A DNA stretch of 53,832 nucleotides, filler included, from Dimargaris cristalligena (Eukaryota): assembly GCA_003614675.1 (NCBI GenBank). It is 3 parts of 3 records of this genome, joined end to end, with 100 filler letters (N's around TTAATTAATTAA, not from the genome) between each part and the next. Parts side by side here need not be neighbours in the genome. Positions count along the whole stretch, not along the records: positions 1 to 17,938 come from ML002786.1; positions 18,039 to 35,939 come from ML002787.1; 1 more part is not named here. One strand, 5' to 3'. This document shows positions 11,755-23,889 of this stretch, one piece after another. The translations under genes and the position numbers were made by a program. Under the pieces are notes generated by a model. It saw only the letters and a list, made by a program, of their open reading frames with translations. It had not been told where the DNA came from and made no database searches. The first letter of the stretch is position 1. Each line of letters opens with the position of its first letter.

Positions 11755-14700
11755 TTATTTCAATCTTGGGAGAATGCGAGGTGGTTTTATTTTTGGATCG
11801 ATTTTAAACAGTCGTCTGATCATTAAGTCCGTATCAGTTCATCAAGAGGACGAATACTTCAATAATCGGCGCGTGCTTCGTCCAACCCCCTACCTCACCG
11901 AGCACACCTGGTCGCTAATCGGCGCGATAAAAAGATCCGACGGATGAAGAAGGGTGGCACGAGTAGTATGGCCAGCGCAATCATCGGTAGTATCTCTACG
12001 CTGACTGAATGATCCGTTGGTGATAAGGGCACAGTGTAGTTTTAATACCCACCCCTCTTCTCCTCCCGTTTGATATGGTCGATGCTGTATAGTCTCGTAT
12101 TGTAGTTTTTTTTTCTTACACTGGCCGGCAAAACGTTTCTACGGAATGGGGTAGTAATTGCCGGTTAGCGGTGGTGATCGGATATGAACCAATTTATTCA
12201 CCATTGGGAGAATATGCCGCGCGATGCCTGGATACGGGGGGGATAGAGTCACATGTCCGTAAAAACAAAATTGAGTCAATCAACCCCGAAGCCCAACGTC
12301 GCCCGATTATTCGACGATGCGGGACGGTGCACTTAGTATTGGTGATGAAGGGGGTTTTCCCTCTCGCACGGGTTGATTTCTCTGAACTGCGCCCACTCCG
12401 CTAATTGGCATCATGTGCGTATCTTTCCTGCGTCCATAAGGCCCTGATAATTTTTAATTCTTAATAAAAAATGAATCATGGGGAGATATCTACATAGATT
12501 AGGGGCTAAAATTAAACAGGTAGGTCGGCTTGACTATCGGGACTGTAGAAACGAGCGTTATTCGGGTGGAATGGCCTTCTAAATTGGGCGATTGCCCATT
12601 ATCCACAGTGGAAGCAATAGCCCCAAAATGGGTGTCCACACAGCGCTTATCTATGCCAAACTAGGGGTGCCCATAGTTGGTAATAATTAAAGCCATGGGG
12701 CTAAAGTAAAAGAACACCCTGGATTAAAAACTGGGGTAACCGGGAATTTAATTGCGAGAATAATAAAGGAGAGATTCCCCATCTTCTCCGATATTAGCCA
12801 TGGCCGGACCAACGTGTTCCCCCCATCCGCCATTATAGGGTGTCAAGCGGCAATGGGGTATAATCTAATTGTCGAGTCACCCCTTATTGGATAACTCCGG
12901 CTGCTGAAGTATAATGTAAATTATTTAAGCGGATAGATGACGCTACGCTTGGTTTTTACTGGTAAATAGCATAAGGATAGAAACCCTCAGTTGGGTGGTC
13001 TATGGAACTGTATAATTGGATGCCTCCTAATAATTGATGGCTGGTTCACTTATATTTTACCCTGGGATAGGCCAATCAACTTACGTTCCGGGAGTTTCCG
13101 GGATGGCTGGTGAGCAGTAGTAGTAGGATGTGGCTTTGCGCCAAGTAGAGGCCAGCGATATTGCCCGATTGTTATGGCCAGGGTGGAAAATACATATAAG
13201 GTGGATCCACTTAATCCAGCATGCCGGAGGTATAGAGCGGTATAATAGGGTGGCGGGTCGGGTAATTGTATTAAAGTGCGGGGGGTTCAAGGAAGAAACC
13301 TGTGGTATCCAGAAAAACAAGCTACGATCAAGGTGAGGCCGACCATGACGGAACAAACACCGGCCTTTATCAGCCTTTATCGTAGGTAATATAGGCAAAG
13401 TTTCTGATATTAAACCGTATGTGGGGGACACAAAATAGGTTCCATCTTCCAGCGCAATTAATCATGATAAAGGATATAGGGGGGTTATATTCCAGTCGCT
13501 GAATCCAATTTCCCGAGTTTATCTTATGTAATGGTCGGTGGGGGTGATAGAGGCAATACACGCTCCTTGAATTACCGGTCTTGGTATATAGTTCTATCGG
13601 GGGCTGCTGGTCAGCAGCCCCACCCACTCTTTTACGACAACTACCAGCCGACTGTTCTAGCCTAAGCAGCGGGCCTGATCTCTAGTCCTTCTTACCCCAA
13701 ACAACCTACGTGGCAATATGTCGACGGTATTCATAGAGTGGCTGGGCTATTAGGGCCTTTTAATAATCCCCAATAAGTATTGCCGGGACTCTATTTCGAC
13801 CCAACTGGGGTTAATTTCTATTTTAGCTGCGCAACCTATACCACTTTATCTGAGTATGTCCATCCCAGTGTGGCCCTTCCAATAGATGCCCAGTGTACTT
13901 CCGAACCAACCCTGCCTAACCCTAGATATTCCGCCCATTATTGCTCAGCGAGAGATTGCATTACTATTCGACCACGTCGGCTATTCACATTGCTCCTTTC
14001 TTACGCCTTTTTTTCTCCATTAATATCCACCGGGGAAATCTTCAAACTAAGCCAAGCGGGCAGTTAAATTGGCCATAATCGGGGTGGTTCATGGTAGCGC
14101 CATGGTAATACCATTGGTTAGTAAGAGTAATACACACGGCACCCTTCGTCTTCCGCCCACTGATTTTGGTAGGATAGGAGGATATGTGGTGGTGGTAGGT
14201 GGGTCACCCTCCACCAACCGGCTCCTCAATGTGTTTCGGCCACTATCCCAGGTGCGTAGTTGGGGGAGAAAATCAGAGAGGAATGATTGACCCGAGCTGT
14301 CAAACCAGACAAGCTTGTTGGCCCACATTGTGGTAAGGCCAGACCTAAGCTAAGTGGCCCCCCACGTTTCCAATGTCTAGCGAACCTTTTTTTAAAATAA
14401 TATATATCTGAGTCCACCACGGGCCCTGCTGCGTTGGCGTCGGTTGTTGATATATCTTGAACCCAGGGATAGGCGGAAAGTTAAATTCGCTGGCTCAGTG
14501 TAATTTAACTAGGCAGTCGGTCTGGGAATCGTGCACGGCTTTTCCTTGGCTACCGCCGGGCTCACTAGGTATCTAATTCGATATATTGTCGAGTAGGGAG
14601 GGCTGTGGTTCGATGGACGCCGTTGGGTCGTTAACGGATTGTCACCCGAAAAAGAATCCAACCCGGGCATTCTATTTAAAAGATAAATATATATATATAT

Positions 14701-14778
14701 ATTAAAAAAGAAATGCCTCATTACACCCACAGAAGTCCCCCACGTGTGTCCTTAAAGTCGCAGATGGAACCTAAATAT

Positions 14779-14850
14779 ACCACCACCACCACCACCACCA
14801 CCACTACTACTACTACTACTACCACGAACAACCCAACCCAACCCAACCCA
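14779..14850. repeat. Compound microsatellite (CAC)n-(TAC)n-(CCAAC)n
   Basis: Direct reading, ~1.1 kb upstream of the homeobox ATG. Confidence 0.85.
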
Positions 14851-15720
14851 GCCAGCCATTTCCCCGTATGTTACGGTCGTGGATAGAAGTGGGTTTAGTT
14901 CGGCGGCGTGGCAGCGAAGCGAGGGTGGGAGGCGAGGGGATAAAATAGATTGTGTGGCGTCATCAGTTGAATCGGAGGATAAGTTTCCGACAATGTGATG
15001 GCGAGGCGGGGGCCGGCTGGTCGCTCTGATCGGGGGAGTCCCGAAATCACTGGCGTTGCCGGGGGGTGTAGAGGTGTCGGCGATGCTATTTTAAGCGAAA
15101 GCGCATGTATCGCGCCATCATCTCCCCCGGGTTATAATAAAACGTGCCCAGTTACAGGCCGATAGAGTGGAGGTGTGTTTAATTAACCTTTGGGTTAGTC
15201 AAAGCCAGGTTGATGAATGTAATTGGTTAAATTAAGGAATTGGCATTTGATTATTGCGAAATTTCAGCCGGCGGCAGTACAAGAGAGGGAACATATTCCC
15301 CCTTCTATAGGAAGAGCAATGGATGAATGATGTAGTAACAGCGGCTCTAGAGGGGAAGAAGGGTGCTGGTCAATAATGAACCAATGGTTAATTGCACTAA
15401 TAGATCTGGACCTGACCGCCTCTGGTAATTCGCCGATGATGGTGATATTGGTATGAGTGGCTAATATTCATCCCGAATATAGAGAGGGAGGGGGATAGTC
15501 CCTCTTTTTTCTCCTATACTAAACATATAGGGAGGGTGTGATAAGAAATAGGGGGGGGAGGTTCTACCCCGTCCAACCAAATCGGGTACACCCCCCCCCT
15601 TTCTCTCAAACTTGACTACCGTCATTGTGCAACCCCCAGTGGATATTTCTCACCTTTTCTATCACTGATTATACTTTGATAACGAAATTATCGCGCAATA
15701 CAGACCCAGCCGGTTTCGCA

Positions 15721-15728
15721 TATAAATA
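15721..15728 (+). promoter_or_regulatory. Candidate TATA box of the homeobox gene
   Basis: TATAAATA ~240 nt upstream of ATG 15962, followed by a C/A/T-rich leader. Confidence 0.55.
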
Positions 15729-15961
15729 GCAGCCGCTTTCCCCCCTGTCTAAACAACTCTACAACTATACTACCACACTACACTCCAACTTCCTTGCTAC
15801 CTACCTATATCTATAATACCCGCCTCACACTGGCCTAATTCTTATTTCGGCAACTTATTTTTTTTAATACACCCTCCTCCCTTTTGATATTCCCCGCGGC
15901 CTTTATACCTTTCTATTTTCACCCTAACCATCTAGTCCAACCATTTCTCTGGCCTACAACC

Positions 15962-16795
15962 ATGGACACCTCTCCCCAAATGTTCAAGCGCCGCTACCGC
16001 GCCACTCCCTCCCAGGTCCGCTTGTTGGAAACCTACTTTATCGAGGACGAAACCCCGGACGCCGGCCGCCGCGAGTTCATTGCGCAGCACGCCGACATGC
16101 CCGTTAAATCGGTCCATATCTGGTTCCAGAACCGCCGGGCCAAGAAGAACCTGGAGCTCCGCAAAGCCGGGCGCCCCATCCCGCCCCGCTACCCGTCACT
16201 GCACAACTTTAAACGGTTCCTGTCGTTGCCCAACACCTACATCTTTTGTACCGCGGCGGGCTCTAAGCTGATCACTGGTAACCGATCGGCTTCAGCTTCG
16301 ACTTCGCCTTTGGCTTCCCCATCGGTTAATAATAGTAATGATAATGCTACCAGTGCCATTATTACCCCGCCGCTCTCCCCTTCCCCGTTGGTGCTGGGTG
16401 GGGACAGCCGGTCGCAACACCATCTCCAACTCCCGCCTCGTCCCGCGCACCATTCGCACGGTCACCATCCCTATTACCGCCCTTCCGCCGGGCCAGCCAG
16501 TCCCCGATCGGAATACAGCGCCTCGGATCACACCATTTCATGCGAGTCTTCGCCCATCACCTCCCCACTCCAGTCCCCCCGCATGATGCCCCGCTGTCCC
16601 TCGACTGCGACCCTGCCGCGGTCTTCCTATGCGGGACCCGTGACAACTCCTACTTCTACTTCTCACCACCACCACCACCACCACCACCCTGAGGAACATA
16701 GCACACAGCAACATTTGAGCTGCGCTACTTTGGCTAGTTCTACCCCGACCACCACCACCAGCCACAAGATGAACGTCTCCTTCCTGCTTACCTAA
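15962..16795 (+). CDS. Homeodomain transcription factor (277 aa, no intron needed)
   Basis: KRRYRATPSQVRLLETYF...VHIWFQNRRAK homeodomain; S/P/T/His low-complexity tail ending KMNVSFLLT; first plausible ATG at 15962. Confidence 0.92.
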   Translation: MDTSPQMFKRRYRATPSQVRLLETYFIEDETPDAGRREFIAQHADMPVKSVHIWFQNRRAKKNLELRKAGRPIPPRYPSLHNFKRFLSLPNTYIFCTAAGSKLITGNRSASASTSPLASPSVNNSNDNATSAIITPPLSPSPLVLGGDSRSQHHLQLPPRPAHHSHGHHPYYRPSAGPASPRSEYSASDHTISCESSPITSPLQSPRMMPRCPSTATLPRSSYAGPVTTPTSTSHHHHHHHHPEEHSTQQHLSCATLASSTPTTTTSHKMNVSFLLT

Positions 16796-17768
16796 TTGTA
16801 ATAGCCTTATTCATCAGAAGGGATACCTCCTTTATACCCAACCCAGTCTCTCACTTCCCATCTTTGTGCATCATTGTCTATCTTGCATCTCGCATCCCTC
16901 CCCCTCTCACCTTGACATCTTTGGTTGCTGATGGCCTCCTTCTCTTATTCTACTCTCGGTGGTAGTTGTGTATTCTATGTAACAATATCTAATAGTTCCA
17001 GTAAACTTGGTTAAATGAAATAAATGAATATATTTTCTTGCGTTCGTTATATAATGTGCGGAGGACAGTCTCGATATGTACGGGTGGAGTGGTGGTGATT
17101 CCCAAGGACTTGATAGAAATCAAAAGAGCCTAAATGGCACCTGTAACATGTCAAAGTACTTGATGACGTTTTATTTTATATGGGTCCAATAGCGGGATCT
17201 ATCTAGTCGCTGGTTAAATACCGTGAGCCTACAACCGTCGGCTGCCGTTGAGGAGAGATGGAGAGGTTGTGTACAGCCGTCGTGACGTTTTAGCGAAGTC
17301 AGTTCCGAAGCACTTTGGGGGAGGTGGCTCCCGCCAACTATATTATTTCCCGTACATGGGTGGGAAAAGAGAAGAGTTGGACGAGCTTCGTCCAAACCTT
17401 CCTCCTGGTAGATTAATCTTACTTCCCGGTTCTTCATCGCCAAATGCTGTGGAAGAGCCCTCTCCTCCTCCCATAAACGGATGTATGTGTGTGTGTTCAG
17501 TGGTGGGGGAGGAGGAGACATCCACCACTGACTGACTGCTTTTCCCGTCCAGCCCACACATATCAAGGTCAAGGCTAGGTTACCTATTTCAGCGCACTCC
17601 ACTCGCCCCGTCAGTTTGCCTTTTTCCAGTTCTTTTCCCACATTTTATGGTCATCCTCTCTCTACTACTTCATCCCTTCCTCTCATCTCGCTCTTTCTCT
17701 CTCTGTTAATTTGCCCTCGTTTACTCTCTGTGTGTCACCTTCTATCTCTCCCGCTCTCACTTTTCGGC

Positions 17769-17849
17769 ATGACGAGCTCCCATAAGCTTAATTTCAAAGA
17801 CAACGAAAAAGTCCTGTGTTTTCATGGGCCTATGCTCTACGAAGCAAAG
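17769..17849 (+). CDS. EAF3: First coding exon of Eaf3/Alp13/MRG15 chromodomain protein; gene truncated by contig end
   Basis: MTSSHKLNFKDNEKVLCFHGPMLYEAK then GTAAAG donor; matches the MRG-family N-terminal motif VLCFHGPxxYEAK; pyrimidine-rich leader. Confidence 0.85.
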
Positions 17850-17938
17850 GTAAAGTAAAGAAAACAGAACCCCTTTCCCAACAACAATTGTGACCAGCCC
17901 TATCCGCGGTGTTTCACCCCTTAACGCGAGGAGATCCA

Positions 17939-18038
17939 NNNNNNNNNNNNNNNNNNNNNNNNNNNNNNNNNNNNNNNNNNNNTTAATTAATTAANNNNNN
18001 NNNNNNNNNNNNNNNNNNNNNNNNNNNNNNNNNNNNNN
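17939..18038. other. Artificial contig spacer N44-TTAATTAATTAA-N44
   Basis: Exactly 100 nt with a six-frame-stop core; identical to 35940-36039. Confidence 0.97.
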
Positions 18039-18181
18039 GCCTGCAGTTCTTTGACTATTTCAGATTATTGATTATTATTAACTAGTGTTTAGGCAATTTT
18101 CGCTATTTCTATAGCCGTCGGGACTTATTATTCATTCCGCTTTATTAAGTTTTTTCCATCGCTGCACAACAAAAGTAAGAT

Positions 18182-18252
18182 GCATCGATAGTTCAATGGT
18201 AGAATTTACGCTTCCCAAGCGTAAGGCCCGGGTTCGATTCCCGGTCGTTGCA
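18182..18252 (+). tRNA. tRNA-Gly(CCC)
   Basis: GCATCGA-TA-GTTC AATGGTA GAAT-T-TACGC TTCCCAA GCGTA-AGGC-CCGGG TTCGATT CCCGG-TCGTTGC-A, followed by a T6 terminator. Confidence 0.95.
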
Positions 18253-18797
18253 ATTTTTTGTTTATTCCCGGTTCGAATGTGATTTATTTTGCCTCTGTGA
18301 ATATCGAGCTGTTCGCCTGGGTCCTACATGCCTCTTAATTCTGGTGCTATTGATAGTGTTATAATAATGCGACAAATGTGCTTTCATTTGAAAGTAATGT
18401 TCTCTTTAAGCCCAATAGAACTATTTTTTAGCAAAAGTGGCCGTTTAATATATTTTAGTGTTAGCGTAACCTTTTATATAGTAAATTGACGGCCCATTGC
18501 CTCAACAAATATGTCGGACACTCTACTTGACGGACAGATTGTAATTTATGTGTTTTAATGGAGCACATTTTGGTACGTATGTGAATATTTTTGGAGTCAA
18601 GTAAGGTACATCCGTGCCCAAACAGTTTAGTGTACCTAGTTATTGGCAACTTTCCAAAAAATCCACGATTGGTTATACAAAAATGAAACTATTATTAAAA
18701 ATAAGCACAGTAGGTTGTCGTGGAAACGTGGCGCTATCTACACTCCGCGAATGAGCGAGGGTAAATGTGGATTTGAAGGTGGAGGTAGTGATAGATT

Positions 18798-21700
18798 TTA
18801 CCAAGTGTAATCGAAACGGTCGAGCGTATCCACCGCATCTTGCACATCCTTCTGGGCCTTCTTACGCATGTAGAAAATGGGACAGTCCCGGCTAGTACAA
18901 ATCACCTCCTGGTGCAAACTCCCCTGGCACCGCTGGCACTGGGTCCATAAGCGGGCATACCGCGTTTCGACCGTATTCACTACTTCTACTTGTTTACGGT
19001 ACAGATCCGGGGCGCGGTCCCGGCATTTCTCGCAAACGGCTACATTGCCCTGGGCCTTCTTAATGGGGGTCTTGCACGACAGGCAGGTCAGGGACTTGAC
19101 CGTGAATTTGGAGAGGCCCCCCGTGGTGGGAGCCGATATCTGGATCGTCCGGGTGTGCTCGCCCGACAAGAGCTGGTTGAATTTGTCCCCCAAAATGGGT
19201 TCGAACAGCCGTTTAAGCGGGTTAGCCAACTGCTGGTCTAGGTAATAGCGCGTATCAATGGGAATGTTGTGCTCTAGGACGTACATGGGGTCTTCTGACT
19301 TTTCGTACGCCGCCGCATTTTTGGTTCCTTTGATAATGACATAGGGCACTCGGTCACCGAGCTGGGGAGCCGATCCCGCGTCACGCTTCCGCATGCGTTC
19401 GGCCAGTTCGACGTGGGCCTGGCGCGCGGCATAATCAGTCTTACTCAGGGCTTTGGTGATGACAAGCTGGGACATATCAATCTTATTTTGCAGCAGGTCA
19501 CTGATGATCCGCTTGGTATAGCTCAGCGCCCCTTCCACATCACGCTCAATCAGAATTCTGCGGAGACAGGTTTCCATCACAATTTGAACCAGGCGGCAGT
19601 TGTCACGGCGGACCGTCTAATAGAGCAGGCAATTCGGAATTGACCATTGGGCGACCAGTGGATTGAATCGTGTGGTACAAAAATTATATCGGGTTAGTGA
19701 AAGTAGAGGGAATGGGTAGAATTGTTATGTCAAAGGTCGATTGGGCGGTAAAAGGGCAATGTGCAATTTGCCCAGGTAGTGTAATTAGTCAGGTGCAACG
19801 TACCTCAATACCCTTGGTGTCCATTTTATCGTATTTGTCGGGGTTGGTCCAGTATACACCAGCGTAGCGCTTCTTACTAATTAGCAAGTACGGGAAGTAC
19901 ACTTTTTCGAATTCCAGTTTAATCGGATTCACGAACTTGGTGGTCACAAATTCAGCAGCTTCTCTACCCAAGGCCATCGCATCGGGTAGGTTCTGGGTAC
20001 CGAATTTAACCATCACCGAATCGGTATCACCGTAAATGACCTCGGCGTCATGCTGGTACCCATTGGCGATGGTGTATTTCTTTTCTACCTCCTACATATA
20101 GTCAACCCGGTGTCATAATAAAATGTATAGGGGCAAACACCAAATATCAGTTGGCTAGTTAATGATCAAAATGATACCAATTAGTTAGGTGTAATAAAGG
20201 CCAGTGGTCTTATACCACCCAGATTAAGGTCACTCTCCCTTGACTTCCTTCCCGATTCCCAACGTATGGGGGATAGAATGTCCATTAACTTACCATTTTG
20301 GTACGATCAATCATTTCCCGCCCATATGACGTGACACTGGACGAAATCTGTAGACACGGCAGGCCTCCACGGGTAGCTCCAGTAAAACCATACACGGAGT
20401 TAGCGCTGATCTTCAAAGCCAATTGGCGACCGTCGAGCACGGCCCGCTTAAAGGGGTCCGTTTCGCGTTTAAGGTCTGCCTTGGCGCGTTTACGGGCGCT
20501 GAGTAGATTATCCAACACGGTGGGCAAGAGGCCCCGCCGCCGATGGGCCTTGACAAAGCAATCGTTGTTGGGGGTCACGACGTAATCGACATCCTTGACC
20601 AGTTTCATGGATTCGATGGTGGAGGTTTTGAGCAGCGAAGTGTAGCATAAGTTATGGGCCATCATAATCGAAGGGTACAGCGACGCAAAATCGAGGGTGG
20701 CGATAGGAATATCGTAGTAGCCGCTGCGGGGCTCTAGGACCGTGGCCCCTTCGTACTGCTCATCGCCGCCCTGATCAGTCAGAGTGGGAATCACAAGGCC
20801 TTCCTGGAGGGTACGCCGGTACAACTGGGTCATGACTTTGATCTGCTGACCCCGGGTGAGGATATAATTGAAGGGAACTCCCGTCACACGAGCCATTTCG
20901 ATGTAGTTGATGAAGGACATCAGTTTGTCCATCAGGCGAAGGGGCAGGTAAGCGTCCTTTAGGCAGTAGATGGCGAGGCGGCGACGCGTTTCGTCGTTGC
21001 CGTTCTGCAGGTCGGTAATAATCGAGTGGTGCACATCCTCCTTTTGCTCGTCCAGAAACTCCGCACAGACCGAATTGAGCGAATAGGACCGCAGTTTGTA
21101 ATCACGCTGCATGACCTGGAGCATGTCCAGTTGGAGGCGGCCGAAGAGGGAGGTCGTCATATTGTCCCGCGTTCCGTAGGCCTTGGACGAAAACCGGGAA
21201 CTGGTGACCGTGACCGGTACGCCGGCCAACCGACCGATATAGGGAAACCGGTCCACTTTGAGATGGGCCGCCCGGTCAAAGAGATAGGGGAAATCGAAGT
21301 TGGATGTATTGTAGCCAATGACCAAATCGGGGTCGACTTCCGCGAAGAATTTACTCCATTCCAGCAACATTTCCGCCTCCTTTTCAAAGGACAGGGTCTG
21401 GGCCCCCACAATCGGTGCACAGGTGTCCAGGGTAAAAATATTCCGGAAAAGGGGCTTGGCCTGGCCCTGCACTTTAACTACACTGGCAATCTGGATGACC
21501 GGGTCGATTTTGGCTTCGGGGAAAATACCCCGACGGCCCGCGCATTCAATATCGAAACTAAGAATACGGAGGGGGGCGATATGGGACCACTCGGGCTCGT
21601 CGGGCTGGTGGCTTACCAAATCCTGGTAATCGATGTCGACTTCGATTTGACAGGTACCCGTTTTCGCACCATCAGCCCGAAGCCGGTAACTGCCGGCCGG

Positions 21701-22554
21701 AAGTTCCACCCAACTGGCGCCTTGGACACGGCAATCCACCATAAAGCGCAGCAGGTACCGCAAATCGGCCTCGTAGCACGTCGCGGAGTAGGTATTGTAT
21801 TGGGGAATGTGGACCCCTCGCTCAATCGCTTTGCGGACCATGGTCATGAATTTAGGCATTCTGATGGTGATTTTTAAAAAAGGGGCCGTTACATTGCCGT
21901 GGTATCCCCAGACGCTCTCCCGCTCGCACAGCTCGGCCTGCTTAACGGGATCCGGGTTTTCAGGGTTTCCACAGTGGCTGTTTAGGGCTTGAGTGACACT
22001 GGGAAGGTGGGCCGCTTGAAACCCAACGGGGGCCGGAGCATAGAAGTACGGGTAGAACTTATGGACATGGCACAACACACTGTTCCCTTGGCCGGTGGAG
22101 CCGAAAAGCCTGATGGTGGGATGTTCGATGATCCGGTTTTCATCAGATAATGACTTGATATTCTCGTCGATTTCAATTTGTTGAAAGGCAATTGAGTCGC
22201 TAGCGGGGTTTAGCGGGGGGACGGGGTTGCGGGCCCAGAGCAGGCGGGGATTATGGGCCGCTGATAGAAATAAGGTTCGCACGTGGGGTGGTTCCATAGT
22301 AGAGGTTAGTTGATGCAGGGCAATAGAGGGGTTGCTTTGTTCGGTTTAGAGGCCACTGAGCACCCATTAGTAGGGCGGTATGTCCACCCATTTCGAGGTT
22401 GGAAAGTAAACGGCACGGGGGCCATAGTCGCCGCCTCTTTTCACGCATGGCAACCATGGGGAATAGAGGAATGTGACCTACCTTCCGCAGCCGATATGGT
22501 TGGATTAGCCTCGCCCGACGGGTCATTGCCTTGTTTATCAGTTGAGGTCACCAT
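18798..22554 (-). CDS. POL3: DNA polymerase delta catalytic subunit; exons 22554-22482, 22260-20294, 20091-19804, 19616-18798 (~1048 aa)
   Basis: Exo[40 protein letters not shown]-terminal CysA (CLSC..CEKC) and CysB (CQRC..C..DC); phase-consistent splice sites; the small first exon is the least certain part. Confidence 0.97.
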
Positions 22555-23889
22555 GGGAATGGGAAGTAGTGATAAATAGGGTGGATAGGGGTGTAATATA
22601 AGAAACGATATAACTAGGTAGTATAAAAGAACCAGTCAATGGGAGAGGGCTAACTGCGGGCTGTCGTTCTAAGGTAGGCTTTGAGCTATATGAATCTATT
22701 GAGTGAAGTAGCTGGTTTTTCCAGGGACAGTATATGGACGAGGTGTAAGCAACAGTTGGAAGCGAAAAATGGCTGAGCTTTTCCCCGTTTGTTTTGGTCC
22801 TAGTATTGGAGCCAATCACATCCTTGTCACTTGTTCAAAATGGGGAGCAGAAGTTGCTAGTAGTGGAACCGTCGATGTTGACACTACTGGCTGGCCCCAT
22901 ACAGTACACAATATATAACCCAACCCCCTCCTGCTGCAGTCTGGCATTAACTGCTATTGGCATATATCCATCGGATAGTAATATTCTGCGAGCATTCTTG
23001 CCAAAATCCTTCACCAAACTGTTTCGCGGAAGGCTGCAATAAGAAAGGGTGAATATAACTAAAAAAATGTTCATTGAATGGTTAAGTGCGAATAATTGGA
23101 AATACGATTCCATCAATAAGTCACCTTTGAAATACTATATAAACATACTTTAAGTGGATTTATATCATGGATGCCCTATTTATTCATTATTGGTGAATGG
23201 TGATTAGCAAGCACGGCATGCCAGACTACTTGGATACTTTATGAAGGACTATTTCTATGGCAAGGGACATCTCCGGCAAGATCCTCATTCCCGACTAGAC
23301 ATCCAATTTCATAAAGCATTCGGCGCGGAAGGGATGCGACTAATATGTACCGCAATTGACACCAGAGATTAGGCACTTTATCGAAGCAGACGCAAAATTA
23401 TACAAAGCCGAGTCTGGGCTGGTATAGGGTCATGTCATCGTGGAGTGCGTTCTATGAACAAACGTCCACCAAGCTGACTCAACGTAGTAATACCTGGTGA
23501 TTAAATAGGCAAAATAGTAATATATATAATGCAGGATCCACCCGACGATGGTCTGGGCCGATCTAGCACTGGCCGATATATCGCTTTTACAATATAAGAA
23601 GTCTTCAGTGGATATATTCCCTACATGGCAATTTACTGAGTAAACCAGGGAAAGTCTTCTTTTATTAAACGAGAAGTCAGTAGAGCGACTAGAGTAAACA
23701 GGCTGATCGACTGAAATATAGTAAGAAATGTAAAAAAATATAGTAAGGGTGTAACAGATAGTGATTGCAGAACCTTCCACCCTATTTTAAATGACCCAAC
23801 CGTTGGGCCCGTCACATTGTCGCCTTGATATAGAGCAGTCCGCGCAGGTCACCTATCATAGCGTAGGTCTACCGGGTGCACATTATGGC

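Noticed and set aside
17983..17994. TTAATTAATTAA as a biological palindrome or piggyBac site
   Set aside because: Centred in N-runs and repeated identically: an artificial linker.
21026..21877. 283-aa plus-strand ORF (likewise 23791-24432)
   Set aside because: Antisense shadows of POL3 and of the ABC transporter.
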